Below are positions 20,257-29,379 of a DNA stretch of 64,000 nucleotides, piece by piece. The translations under genes and the position numbers were made by a program. The notes beneath the pieces were generated by a model that had not been told where the DNA came from, did not search any database, and saw nothing but the letters and a program-made list of their open reading frames with translations. Source of the stretch: an uncultured Acidobacteriota bacterium (GTDB lineage Bacteria > Acidobacteriota > Vicinamibacteria > Vicinamibacterales > UBA2999); NCBI GenBank assembly GCA_963818645.1, contig CAWFTF010000008.1, forward strand, positions 36,197 through 100,196. Reading direction: 5' to 3'. Each line of letters opens with the position of its first letter. Within the stretch, counting starts at the first letter, position 1.

Positions 20257-21189
20257 CTACCCATTCATCGCCCGGTCGATCCCGTCCAGCAGAGCCATGG
20301 TTTTCACGCAGCTCGCGGCGCTCGACTCGGGTTCGCGGCCCTCGCGGATCGCGCTGACGAATTCGACATCCTGCCGATCGAAGGCGGCAACGCCGTCGAG
20401 TTGCACATCCTTGCCTTCGCTGTCGATCATCGAGTCCCGGTAGACCTTGTAGGTCTCTTCTTCACCGATGTAGCGGTAGAAGCCGCCGAAGGGACCCTTG
20501 TTGTTGAACGACATCGCCAGGCTGAAGAGGGGCCCCTTCTTCGACTTCATGGCCACGGTCATGTCCATCGGAATCTGCAGCGCAGCGTGGTCGGGCCCCT
20601 TCTGACCCCACACCTGCCAGTTGGGCTCGTCGAGAATCCAGTGCGCTAAATCGACGGAGTGGCAACCGTGATGCCAGAGCAGGTTGTCGACCCAGGAACG
20701 CGGCTGGCCGTGCATGTTGAGATTCGTGCGGCGGAAAAAATAGGTCTCGACCACCATGTGGTGCAGATGAAATGTGCCGTCCTCGATGCGCTTGCGAATT
20801 TCACGATGCGGGCTCGAAAAGCGGCGCGTGTGCGTCACCATGCACACTTTTCCGGCCGATTTCGACGCGTCCAGCATCAGCTGTGAGTCCTTGAGTGAGA
20901 GCGCCATCGGGATCTCGACCTGGACATGCTTGCCCATCGAGAGCGCGAGGGTGGTCTGGTCAGCGTGCTGATCCGAGGGTGTGGTCAGGATGACGGCGTC
21001 AACGCCGGGACGATCGATGCAGGCTTTGAGGTCGGTCGAGGCGTACGGAATATTCCACTTCGTCGCGAATTCCTTCACGCCGTCTTCAGTGCGGCCGACA
21101 ACCGACACGATCTGCACATCGTTGATCTTCGCGAGGGCTTTTACGTGGATCTCGCCCATTGCCCCGGTGCCCGCCAGACAGATCTTCAT
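20257..21189 (-). CDS. ligC: 4-carboxy-2-hydroxymuconate-6-semialdehyde dehydrogenase (Gfo/Idh/MocA family)
   Basis: MKICLAGTGAMGEIHV Rossmann start. KHVQVEIPMA, THTRRF, ETYFFRRTNLNMHGQPRSWVDNLLWHHGCHSVDL closely match recalled Sphingobium LigC. Confidence 0.85.
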   Translation of the reverse strand: MKICLAGTGAMGEIHVKALAKINDVQIVSVVGRTEDGVKEFATKWNIPYASTDLKACIDRPGVDAVILTTPSDQHADQTTLALSMGKHVQVEIPMALSLKDSQLMLDASKSAGKVCMVTHTRRFSSPHREIRKRIEDGTFHLHHMVVETYFFRRTNLNMHGQPRSWVDNLLWHHGCHSVDLAHWILDEPNWQVWGQKGPDHAALQIPMDMTVAMKSKKGPLFSLAMSFNNKGPFGGFYRYIGEEETYKVYRDSMIDSEGKDVQLDGVAAFDRQDVEFVSAIREGREPESSAASCVKTMALLDGIDRAMNG

Positions 21190-21206
21190 TCCACCTCCTC
21201 AGCTTC

Positions 21207-21380
21207 GCCAATCACTCAATCTTTGATTTCATGATCTTTGATTGGTGATTCGTTTTCGATTGGGGATTGGTGATTGTTGATTTCGTTCCGGGTTCCGCGC
21301 GCGGCCCGAATCATCAATAATCACCAATCTCCAATCAACAACGAATCGATAATCAAAGATCGCCAAATCGACAATTCGAG
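21207..21380. repeat. Long inverted repeat of (TGATTGN)n / (CAATCAN)n heptamers around a GC hairpin. The right arm is about 85 percent identical to 18100-18158.
   Basis: Left arm ...ctttgattggtgattcgttttcgattggggattggtgattgttgattt. Centre ccgggttccgcgcgcggcccg. Right arm aatcaccaatctccaatcaacaacgaatcgataatcaaagatcgccaaatcgacaat. Confidence 0.9.
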
Positions 21381-21389
21381 AGATTACCA

Positions 21390-22296
21390 CTAGCTCCAAT
21401 ACAGCTTGGTGGGATTGTCCACCAACAGGCGGCGCTGAAGCTCCGTAGTGGTCGCGATGTGCGGGACGTAATCAACCAGCAGCCCATCATCTGGCATGTG
21501 GTTCTTGAGATTGGGATGCGGCCAATCCGTGCCCCAGAGCACGCGATCGGGAAACGTCTCGACGAGGCGACGCGCGAAGGGGACGACGTCGCGATAGGCG
21601 TTCTTCTCGCCATGAATGGCAGGCGGACCGGTCACCGTGAGCCGCTCAGGGCAGCTGACTTTCGACCAGATGTTCTGATGCTCGCGCATCATCCGCACGA
21701 ACAGCTCGAACTCGGGGCCGTCGACCGGCTTGGTCACATCGGGCCGGCCCATGTGATCGACGACGACGGTCGTTGGGAGAGTGGTGAAGAACTCCCAGAG
21801 CTCCGGAAGGTCGGCGGCCTCGAAGTAGATGACGACGTGCCAGCCGAGGGGCGCGATGCGGTGCGCGATCTCGGTGAGGACGTCGCGTGGCGTGAAGTCC
21901 ACGAGGCGCTTGACGAAGTTGAAGCGCGTGCCGCGAATGCCGGCGTCGTGCATCGCCTGTCAGCTCGGTGTCGGTGACGTCGCGGTTCACCGTCGCGATG
22001 CCGCGAGCGCGGTTGTTCGACGCGAGAAGCGCATCGACGAGCGCGCGATTGTCAGTGCCGTGACACGTCGCCTGGACGATCACGTTCTTGTCGAAACCCA
22101 GTCGGTCCCGCAGCGCGAAGAGCTGCTCTTTCGACGCATCGCACGGCGTGTACTTGCGTTCGGGCGCGTACGGGAACCGGTTGCCTGGCCCGAATACGTG
22201 GCAGTGCGCGTCAACGGCCCCGGCTGGGACCTTGAACGATGGAATGGACGGATTGGGATGAAAGGCTAACCATCCGGGCGTGACTTCGAACGTCAT
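21390..22296 (-). CDS. ligI: 2-pyrone-4,6-dicarboxylate lactonase (amidohydrolase) with an apparent +1 frameshift near 21955
   Basis: The N-terminal part is in ORF 21646..22380 from MTFEVTPGW (AVDAHCHVFGP, ATCHGTDN). The C-terminal part is in ORF 21390..21953 (GIRGTRFNF, VVVDHMGRP, LWGTDWPHPN). Total length is 907 nt, which is 3n+1. Confidence 0.85.
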
Positions 22297-23318
22297 TCGA
22301 TCAACTCCCAACTTCCAATCACCAACTCCCAATCTCCTCGGTGTCGATTTCCTGTTGCACCGTCGGGTTGTAGCGCGCACCCGACACCGTTGACGGGTTG
22401 ATCAGCCTCGTTCAGTTTCGCCATCGCTGCAGGAGAGAGTCGCACCTGTTCAGCACGGGCGTTCTCTTCGAGGTGATCGAGTCGCGTCGTGCCGGGGATT
22501 GGAATGATGTGGTGGCCCTGCGCCAGAACCCATGCGAGCGCCGCTTGCGCCATCGTGCAACCAGCATCGCGGGCGACTGCCGACAGCCCTTCGAGCAGCG
22601 ACAGGTTTCTCGTGAAGTGCTCGCCCTGAAAGCGAGGCATCGCCAGGCGGATGTCCTTCGGTGGAAACGTGGACACGTCGCGAATCTCGCCTCCGAAGAA
22701 CCCTCGCGCGATCGGGCTGAACGCGACGAACGCGATGCCGAGCTCGCGGCAGGTGTCGAGGACCGCGACTTCGGCGTTGCGGGTCCAGAGCGAGTACTCC
22801 GTTTGAAGCGCGGTGATCGGGTGGACGGCGTGAGCCTTGCGCAGCGTCGTGGCCGACACCTCCGAGAGACCGATCGCCTTCACCTTGCCTGCTTTCACCA
22901 GGTCTGCGAGTGCGCCTGCGCTTTCCTCAATCGGCAGGCGTTTGTCCCAGCGGTGAAGGTAATAGAGATCGATCACGTCGGTCTTCAGGCGCTGGAGGCT
23001 CTCGTCGCAGTTCCTTTTGATCATCTCAGGGCGGCCGTCGATCTCTCGCTGACCCTGGGCGTTGCGGAACATGCCGCCCTTGGTCACGAGGATGAACTCA
23101 CGACGCCGGCCGCTGAGCACGTTGCCGATCAACGTCTCGTTCGCACCAAAGCCATACAAAGCCGCCGAATCGATGTGCGTGTAGCCGAGGTCGAGAGCCT
23201 TCAGGAGGACTGCGGCAGCTGTCTTCTCATCTGGCGGGATCCCGTAGGCGTGCGACAAACACATGCCGCCTAACCCGATGGCAGATGACTCGAAAGGACC
23301 AAGCGTGCGTGTGTGCAT
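22293..23318 (-). CDS. Aldo/keto reductase
   Basis: GLGGMCLSHAYG, HIDSAALYG, YYLHRWD, IPIPGTTRLDHLEEN. The C-terminus is uncertain. A +1 shift near 22375 would give the more typical ...GARYNPTVQQEIDTEE ending at 22319. Confidence 0.85.
   Translation of the reverse strand: MHTRTLGPFESSAIGLGGMCLSHAYGIPPDEKTAAAVLLKALDLGYTHIDSAALYGFGANETLIGNVLSGRRREFILVTKGGMFRNAQGQREIDGRPEMIKRNCDESLQRLKTDVIDLYYLHRWDKRLPIEESAGALADLVKAGKVKAIGLSEVSATTLRKAHAVHPITALQTEYSLWTRNAEVAVLDTCRELGIAFVAFSPIARGFFGGEIRDVSTFPPKDIRLAMPRFQGEHFTRNLSLLEGLSAVARDAGCTMAQAALAWVLAQGHHIIPIPGTTRLDHLEENARAEQVRLSPAAMAKLNEADQPVNGVGCALQPDGATGNRHRGDWELVIGSWELIE
22297..22340. repeat. Heptamer array (CCAACTC-like)n overlapping the AKR 3' end and the ligI 5' region
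   Basis: tcgatcaactcccaacttccaatcaccaactcccaatctcc. It is inverted relative to 23326..23387. Confidence 0.85.
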
Positions 23319-23325
23319 CGGAGCT

Positions 23326-23387
23326 GGTTGGTGGTTAGTGGTTGGTGGTTCGTGTTTGGGAGTTGGGAGTTGGTGGTTGGGAGTTAA
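23326..23387. repeat. Heptamer array (GGTTGGT / GGGAGTT)n
   Basis: ggttggtggttagtggttggtggttcgtgtttgggagttgggagttggtggttgggagtt. It lies between the NTF2-like gene stop and the AKR start. Confidence 0.9.
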
Positions 23388-24008
23388 CTAGAGAGGTTTC
23401 CCGGCAGTCGGCGAACCATTGAGCCACGCGGCTCCCTCTGTATAGAGCGTCTGGACGGCCGCCCCGCGGAGACCGGGAAGGTTGTCCTTGATCGTGAACC
23501 CGTTCTTCGATTGCAGATATGCAAGGTGACGATAACCCTCGGGGAAGCGCGCAAGGTGTGCGGCGTCGAGTGTCAGCTGCGCGGCGGGGTCCACCGGATC
23601 CATTCGATCCTTCTCGTAAATCGGTTGCCGGCGCACGATCGCCCAGTGCCCGCGCTTCTCGAGGAAGTCATAGAAGCGGCCCGTACAGACGACGTCCACG
23701 ACGACATCGTCGACCGTCGCACGCTGGTTGATCGTCATCTTCGTCTGAGAGATTGCCCGATATCCTGCGACTTCGCAGGTGAATCCTCCGAGGAAATGCA
23801 GGATGCTCACACCCCGCTCGAATCCTTCACGGCTCACCTCGATGAACTTGCGTGCCGGCCCCTGAAACCACGTCGCCGTCATCCAGCCATCGTCGTGCCA
23901 CACCGTGGCGAAGCGATCCCAGTCGCCCGCGTCGCGCCAGAGCACCCAGTTCTCGATGACCTCGCGGATGGCGGATTTCTCGTCGCTGATGAGTGGCTGC
24001 CGAATCAT
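23388..24008 (-). CDS. NTF2/SnoaL-like fold protein
   Basis: 206 aa. N-terminal EKSAIREVIENWVLWRDAGDWDRFATVWHDDGWM is typical of SnoaL_4/NTF2-like proteins. Overlaps the upstream FAH gene by 4 nt. Confidence 0.6.
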   Translation of the reverse strand: MIRQPLISDEKSAIREVIENWVLWRDAGDWDRFATVWHDDGWMTATWFQGPARKFIEVSREGFERGVSILHFLGGFTCEVAGYRAISQTKMTINQRATVDDVVVDVVCTGRFYDFLEKRGHWAIVRRQPIYEKDRMDPVDPAAQLTLDAAHLARFPEGYRHLAYLQSKNGFTIKDNLPGLRGAAVQTLYTEGAAWLNGSPTAGKPL

Positions 24009-24907
24009 TGGACATCTCTGATTCGATTGCGCAGGATTCCGATGCCTTCGACTTCCGTTTCGAGCACATCGCCGTTAGCAAGAAACTCCTGAGGGGTGCG
24101 TCCCATCCCGACGCCTTCGGGTGTCCCGGTCGCGATGATGTCTCCCGCTTCCAGCGTGAGTCCCTTCGAAAGCCATTCGATGATCAGATCGACGGCGAAG
24201 ATCATCTTGGCCGTGCTCGCATCCTGCTTCGTGACACCATTCACGCGCAGCTGCAGCTGCTTTGTCTGTGGGTCGCCGAATTCGTCGGCAGTGACGACGA
24301 GCGGACCCATCGGGCAGAAGCCGTCCAGGCTCTTTCCCTTGAACCACTGCATGTGCTGCTGTTGCAGATCGCGTGCGCTGACGTCGTTGATGACCGTGTA
24401 GCCGAAGATGTGACTCAGCGCGTCGCTCTTCGGGATGTTACGCCCCGTCTTGCCGATGATCGCGCCGAGTTCCACCTCCCAGTCCACCTGCTGCGTGACG
24501 GCGCGGTCAACGACGATGTCGTCGAATGGCCCGGTCACCGTGGTCGGCGCCTTCGTGAAGATCACCGGGATGGTGGGGATCTTCACTTCCTGTCCCCGTG
24601 CGCGTGCCGCTTCCTCTGCGTGCGCGACGTAGTTACGTCCCAGGCAGAACACGTTCTTCGTCGGCCGTGGAATCGGCGCGTGCCAGCGAATCTCGGCGAT
24701 CGGATGTCCGATTGCGGCCGGCGCGCGATCGACGAGATCGCGCATACGACGCCACGCGTCCGGTCCTTGTTGAATCAGATCGAGCAGGCTCGATGGCGGA
24801 CGCCAATCACCGGCGGGAAGCATCGCGGTGTCGATGACACGATCTCCGCGGACGACACCAAGACGAGGAACGACATCGGACGCGAGTGAGAACGTGGCGT
24901 ATTTCAT
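24005..24907 (-). CDS. Fumarylacetoacetate hydrolase (FAH) family protein
   Basis: MKYATF..., NVFCLGRNYVAHAEE, DWEVELGAIIGK, INDVSARD, GDIIATGTPEGVG. Confidence 0.85.
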   Translation of the reverse strand: MKYATFSLASDVVPRLGVVRGDRVIDTAMLPAGDWRPPSSLLDLIQQGPDAWRRMRDLVDRAPAAIGHPIAEIRWHAPIPRPTKNVFCLGRNYVAHAEEAARARGQEVKIPTIPVIFTKAPTTVTGPFDDIVVDRAVTQQVDWEVELGAIIGKTGRNIPKSDALSHIFGYTVINDVSARDLQQQHMQWFKGKSLDGFCPMGPLVVTADEFGDPQTKQLQLRVNGVTKQDASTAKMIFAVDLIIEWLSKGLTLEAGDIIATGTPEGVGMGRTPQEFLANGDVLETEVEGIGILRNRIRDVQ

Positions 24908-24940
24908 GAAGTTTGGAGAGAAAAGTGGAATGTCAGAGTG

Positions 24941-24968
24941 TTGACATTGACGCTACGGCGAGTATACT
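24941..24968 (+). promoter_or_regulatory. Sigma70-type promoter for TonB-dependent receptor 2
   Basis: TTGACA (24941-24946), 16-nt spacer, then TATACT (24963-24968). It lies in the divergent region, about 120 nt upstream of ATG 25088. Confidence 0.45.
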
Positions 24969-25087
24969 CCGGCCACTTCTGAAGCCCGTCCGCTCCAGGT
25001 ACGAGCGGACGAACGCAAACGCGCCCCGCAGGCGCCTTCCGCTCCATGAGAGAGCGATACCGAGCCCTAGAAGGAGGAGGAACCGGG

Positions 25088-28000
25088 ATGAGGCAGGCAC
25101 TTCGTCACGTGATCGGTGGAGTGTGTGTCGTGCTCTTGACTGCAGGTCTCGCGTGGGCGCAAGCCGGCGCGACCGCGCAGATCAATGGAACTGTACGAGA
25201 TACAAGCGGAGCCGTCCTACCGGGCGTCGACGTGACCGTGACGCAGACCGATACCAACTTCACGCGGTCCGCCGTGACCGATGCTGAAGGCAACTATCTC
25301 TTTTCCAACCTGCCGCTCGGACCGTACCGGCTGCAGGCGAGCCTCTCCGGATTCCGCACGTTCCAACGCACCGGAATCGTGCTGCAGGTAAATGCCAATC
25401 CAACCATCGTGGTCGAGATGGCCGTCGGCGAGATCGCAGAGACGGTGTCGGTCGAGGCGGCGACACCACTGGTCGAGACGCGCAGTCCCTCCGTCGGTCA
25501 GGTCATCGAGAACGATCGAATCGAGGAACTGCCGCTCAATGGTCGCAATGCCACGGACCTGATTGTGTTGGCCGGGGCGGCAGTGCCGCAGCCAGCGCTG
25601 AACTCGACGAGCCGCAGTATGCCTGGCGGGCAGGCGTTTGCGGTCGCCGGAGGGCAGGCCTTCGGCGTGGCGTATCTCCTCGACGGCGCCACGCACAACA
25701 ATCCGTACGACAACCTGAACCTACCGCTGCCGTTTCCGGACGCACTGCAGGAATTCAAGCTCGAGACGAGCACGACGAACGCCAACAATGGCATGCACTC
25801 CGGTGCCTCGGTCAACGTCGTGACCAAAGCGGGCACGAACCTCCTCCACGGCGACCTCTTCGAGTTCGTGCGCAATCATCGGTTCAACGCCACCAATCCC
25901 TTCAACGCAATCGACCCGGTCACCGGTAAGCGACAGGGCGATGGCCTGAGCCGCAACCAGTACGGCGGCACTCTCAGCGGTCCCGTTGTGACCGATCGCG
26001 TCTTCTTCTTCGGCGCGTTCCAGGGCACGCGACTGCGCGAAACCCCAGCGGACCTGTTCGCCTTCGTGCCGACAGCCGCAATGCTCGCCGGCGACTTCAC
26101 GCAATATGCCTCGGCCCAGTGCAACGCGACCGGCGCCGTGAACCTGCGAGGCCCCTTCGTCGGGAATCGCCTCCCCGCCGCGTCGTTCAGCCCCGCCGCG
26201 CTGAAGCTGACCTCGCATCTGCCTACGACCACCGACCCGTGCGGCAAGGTGACTTACAGCCGCAGCCGCCCGCAGGACGAGGCGCAGTACATCGGGAAGG
26301 TGGACATGCAGCTCAGCCCGAACCACTCGCTGTTCGGCCGCTACATGCTCACCACGGTGAAATGGACGCCGCCGCTCCAGTTGCAGCCCGAGAACACGCT
26401 CGTATCGAGCCAGGGCGGCCGCGACAACAAGGCGCACTCATTCACCGTCGGCGACACGATGGTGCTGAGCAATGCGACCGTCAACGCCCTTCGCCTGGCG
26501 GTGAACTACACCGACGTCCATCGCACCCACGAACCACTAGGATTCGACGCGCCCGATCTCGGCATCAAGACCTACACCTACATCGAGGACTACCTCCTCG
26601 TCAGCGTGAACAACGGTGGTTTTCAGCTCGGGGGCGGGACCGAGAGCGAAGCGCGCTTCAAGACGCCGTCGTTCAACATCAGCGACGACGTGACGACGAT
26701 CCGGGGCAATCACCAGTACGGCTTTGGTGGCAACGTCGCGTACTGGACGTCGCTCTCGCAGGCCAACGTTCGCTCGCCAGGGCAGTTCACCTTCGACGGA
26801 TCGATCACCGGACTTCCTCTTGCTGACTTTCTCAGCGGCAGACTGCAGTCGCTCATCCAGGCGACGCCGAACTCGCTCGACATGAAGCAGTTGTATCTCG
26901 GCTTCTACGCACAGGACACGTGGAAGCTGTCGCCGAAGACGACGCTCAACTACGGTCTGCGGTGGGAGCCAGGACTCGCCCAGCAGATCCGCAACGGCGC
27001 GATCTACAACTTCAGCGTCGATCGCTTCAACAACAACATCAAGACGACGCAGTATGCCAATGCACCGCCTGGATTCCTCTATCCCGGTGATGATGGCTTC
27101 GAGAACGGCAACGCGGGCATGAAGAACAACCTCCTGCAGTTCTCTCCGCGCGTCGGTTTCGCGTGGGATCCGGCCGGTGACGGCCGCATGTCGATTCGCA
27201 CGGGCTATTCACTCGCGTACGACTTCGTCAACGCGCAGTTCCACCTGAATACCTCGGTCGCACCGCCGTTCAACGCCGAGGCTCGCGTCACGAACCCGGT
27301 TGGTGGCTTCGACGATCCCTGGCGCGGCACGGGCAACGAAAACTTCTTCCCGTTCACGACCGGACCGAACTCGGTGTTCCCATTGACCGGGCCGTACATC
27401 TCGATCCCGCCCGACATCAAGCCGCCGCGGCAACAGTCGTGGAACCTGAGCGTGCAGCGGCAGATCGGCAACGACCTCGCCGTGTCGGCGACCTACATCG
27501 GCACGTACTCCGATCGACTGTGGAACGTGCGTTCGCTCAACCCCGGCGTCTACATTCCAGGATCGTGCACGTTGCAGACCGCCACCGGGCCGCAGTTCTT
27601 CCCGGTGTGCTCGGTCAACACGAATCTCGATCAGCGCCGCCTGTTGACGATGGCGGATTACCCGGACGGGAAGTATCTGGGTTCGACCGACGAGCACACC
27701 GCGTTGGGCACGCAGAAGTACAACGGAATCCTGCTGAGCGTTCAGCGACGCCTGATCAGCGGGTTCTCCGTGGCCGGCAACTACACGTTTTCGAAGTGCA
27801 CCGGTCATCCGACGCAGGGAGGCACCACGCCCAACGTCAACTCCGGCTACGTGGATCCGAACAATATCGACTACGACTACGGTGCGTGCGACTCGGATCG
27901 CCGTCACCTCTTCAACCTGACCGCGAGCGCCGAAACGCCGCGGTTCGACAATGACTTCGCGCGAGCGCTGGCATCGGACTGGCGCCTCTCGGGGATTTTC

Positions 28001-28408
28001 CGCGCCTATTCAGGGTCGCCGCAGTCAGTGACCGTGACGGGTGACCCCGCCCGCACCGGCATCGGCGGTCAGCGAGCGGACCAGATCCTCGACGACCCCT
28101 ATGGCGACGGCACGCTGGACAACTATTACAATCGCGCGGCATTCGCCTCGCCGGCTGTGGGCACGCTCGGCACGATGGAGCGAAACTCGGTGTACGGCCC
28201 GGGCCAGCACTTCCTCGACCTGTCGCTCGTCAAGTCGTTCCGTTTCAATGGCAGCCACCGGATCGAGGCGCGCATCGAGTCGTTCAACGCGCTGAACTGG
28301 TTCCAGTGGAACAACCCGCAGAACAATTTCAACAACGTGCAGTTCGGCCAGATCACGTCAGCCGGCGATCCGCGCATTATGCAGTTCGCGATCAAGTATC
28401 AGTTCTAG
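25088..28408 (+). CDS. TonB-dependent receptor with a carboxypeptidase-regulatory-like N-terminal domain
   Basis: AAGGAGGAGG lies upstream of ATG 25088. Signal peptide ...GLAWAQ, then INGTVRDTSGAVLPGVDVTVT...AEGNYLFSNLPLGPYRLQASLSGFRTF. Plug-like region (ELPLNGRNATDL). About 1100 aa uninterrupted. Ends AIKYQF. Confidence 0.9.
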   Translation: MRQALRHVIGGVCVVLLTAGLAWAQAGATAQINGTVRDTSGAVLPGVDVTVTQTDTNFTRSAVTDAEGNYLFSNLPLGPYRLQASLSGFRTFQRTGIVLQVNANPTIVVEMAVGEIAETVSVEAATPLVETRSPSVGQVIENDRIEELPLNGRNATDLIVLAGAAVPQPALNSTSRSMPGGQAFAVAGGQAFGVAYLLDGATHNNPYDNLNLPLPFPDALQEFKLETSTTNANNGMHSGASVNVVTKAGTNLLHGDLFEFVRNHRFNATNPFNAIDPVTGKRQGDGLSRNQYGGTLSGPVVTDRVFFFGAFQGTRLRETPADLFAFVPTAAMLAGDFTQYASAQCNATGAVNLRGPFVGNRLPAASFSPAALKLTSHLPTTTDPCGKVTYSRSRPQDEAQYIGKVDMQLSPNHSLFGRYMLTTVKWTPPLQLQPENTLVSSQGGRDNKAHSFTVGDTMVLSNATVNALRLAVNYTDVHRTHEPLGFDAPDLGIKTYTYIEDYLLVSVNNGGFQLGGGTESEARFKTPSFNISDDVTTIRGNHQYGFGGNVAYWTSLSQANVRSPGQFTFDGSITGLPLADFLSGRLQSLIQATPNSLDMKQLYLGFYAQDTWKLSPKTTLNYGLRWEPGLAQQIRNGAIYNFSVDRFNNNIKTTQYANAPPGFLYPGDDGFENGNAGMKNNLLQFSPRVGFAWDPAGDGRMSIRTGYSLAYDFVNAQFHLNTSVAPPFNAEARVTNPVGGFDDPWRGTGNENFFPFTTGPNSVFPLTGPYISIPPDIKPPRQQSWNLSVQRQIGNDLAVSATYIGTYSDRLWNVRSLNPGVYIPGSCTLQTATGPQFFPVCSVNTNLDQRRLLTMADYPDGKYLGSTDEHTALGTQKYNGILLSVQRRLISGFSVAGNYTFSKCTGHPTQGGTTPNVNSGYVDPNNIDYDYGACDSDRRHLFNLTASAETPRFDNDFARALASDWRLSGIFRAYSGSPQSVTVTGDPARTGIGGQRADQILDDPYGDGTLDNYYNRAAFASPAVGTLGTMERNSVYGPGQHFLDLSLVKSFRFNGSHRIEARIESFNALNWFQWNNPQNNFNNVQFGQITSAGDPRIMQFAIKYQF

Positions 28409-28414
28409 CTTCTC

Positions 28415-28770
28415 GCTGGTGCGATCGCGCTGACGCTGGTCGGTGCGATCGCACTTCGATTGTCGGTGCGATCCCTCTCACGTTCGTCGGTGCGATCTCT
28501 GATTCTCGTCGGTGCGACGCTCCTTCGCTGGTCGGTGCGATCCCTCTATTCTCGTCGGTGCGACTCCCTTACGCTTGTCGGTGCGATCATCTGATGCTTG
28601 TCGGTGCGATCTGATGCTCGTCGGTGCCACGCTCGTCGAGGCGTCGCGATTGTCGGTGCGAGTCCGCGCACTCACTGTCGGTCCGACCCGTCTGATCGCT
28701 TGTCGCGATCTCTGAGACGCTCGTCGAGTGCGAGTTTCGGACGCTGGTCGATGCGAATCTGATTCTCGCT
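28415..28770. repeat. Array A: about 15 tandem units of 20-24 nt with conserved core (CTT)GTCGGTGCGAT(C)
   Basis: Direct reading, e.g. gtcggtgcgatccctctcacgttc / gtcggtgcgatctctgattctc / gtcggtgcgatccctctattctc. The units degenerate toward 28770. The array starts 7 nt after the receptor stop. Confidence 0.9.
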
Positions 28771-29172
28771 GCGCGCCGTGCTAGCACGTCGTGCACTACT
28801 CTCGAGCTGATCTGTCTGGAAACTCGCCGAGGCGATATCGGATCAAACGTGTTCGAGCTCACCGCCAAGCCCTTGTTCGCCGAAGACTTACAAGGCGAAG
28901 CGGCATGGCTAAGCATGCTGCCAATTCAGTCTGTCGAAATATCGCGGAGAGGCTTTGGATGTGAGACTCAACGCCGAGTTCGCGCGGTTCCTCGCAAATC
29001 TCCCGGCGATCGCTGCAACGAGGTGCACGACGTGCTGCACGGCGCGCAGTTGAAGGCTTACGTGCACGGCCTCCGAACTCGCGCGCAATCAGGAGTCTCT
29101 CGAATCGAATCTATCCAGCGTTCAGCCGACTGCGCAGCCTGGTCCGATACTCGCGCTGCGGAGTTCGACTCG

Positions 29173-29373
29173 AGCACCGACGCAGCGATCAGTCGCACCG
29201 ACAAGGATCCGACGATCGCACCGACGAGGATCAGCGTCGCACCGACAAGAATCACGGTCGCACCGACAAGGATCAGTGATCGCACCGACAAGGATCAGGA
29301 TCGCACCGACAAGCGTCAGGATCGCACCGACAAGCGTCAGAAGGGGTCGCACCGACAAGAGTCACGGTCGCAC
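29173..29373. repeat. Array B: about 9 tandem 21-nt units with core GATCGCACCGACAAG, the reverse complement of the array A core
   Basis: gatcgcaccgacaaggatcag / gatcgcaccgacaagcgtcag and similar units. It ends 7 nt before the MFS gene stop (minus strand). Confidence 0.9.
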
Positions 29374-29379
29374 GTGTGC

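Noticed and set aside
28415-28770. Possible CRISPR array, given regularly spaced repeats.
   Set aside because: The conserved core is only about 11-15 nt, with about 8-12 nt between cores (total period 20-24 nt). That is far shorter than CRISPR repeats and spacers. The units degenerate progressively, an inverted partner array exists, and no cas genes are present.
28961-29053. Small Cys-rich ORF (VRLNAEFARFLANLPAIAATRCTTCCTARS) as a possible RiPP precursor.
   Set aside because: It has no Shine-Dalgarno sequence, no adjacent modification enzymes, and is a single short ORF in a repeat-bounded spacer. It cannot be distinguished from chance.
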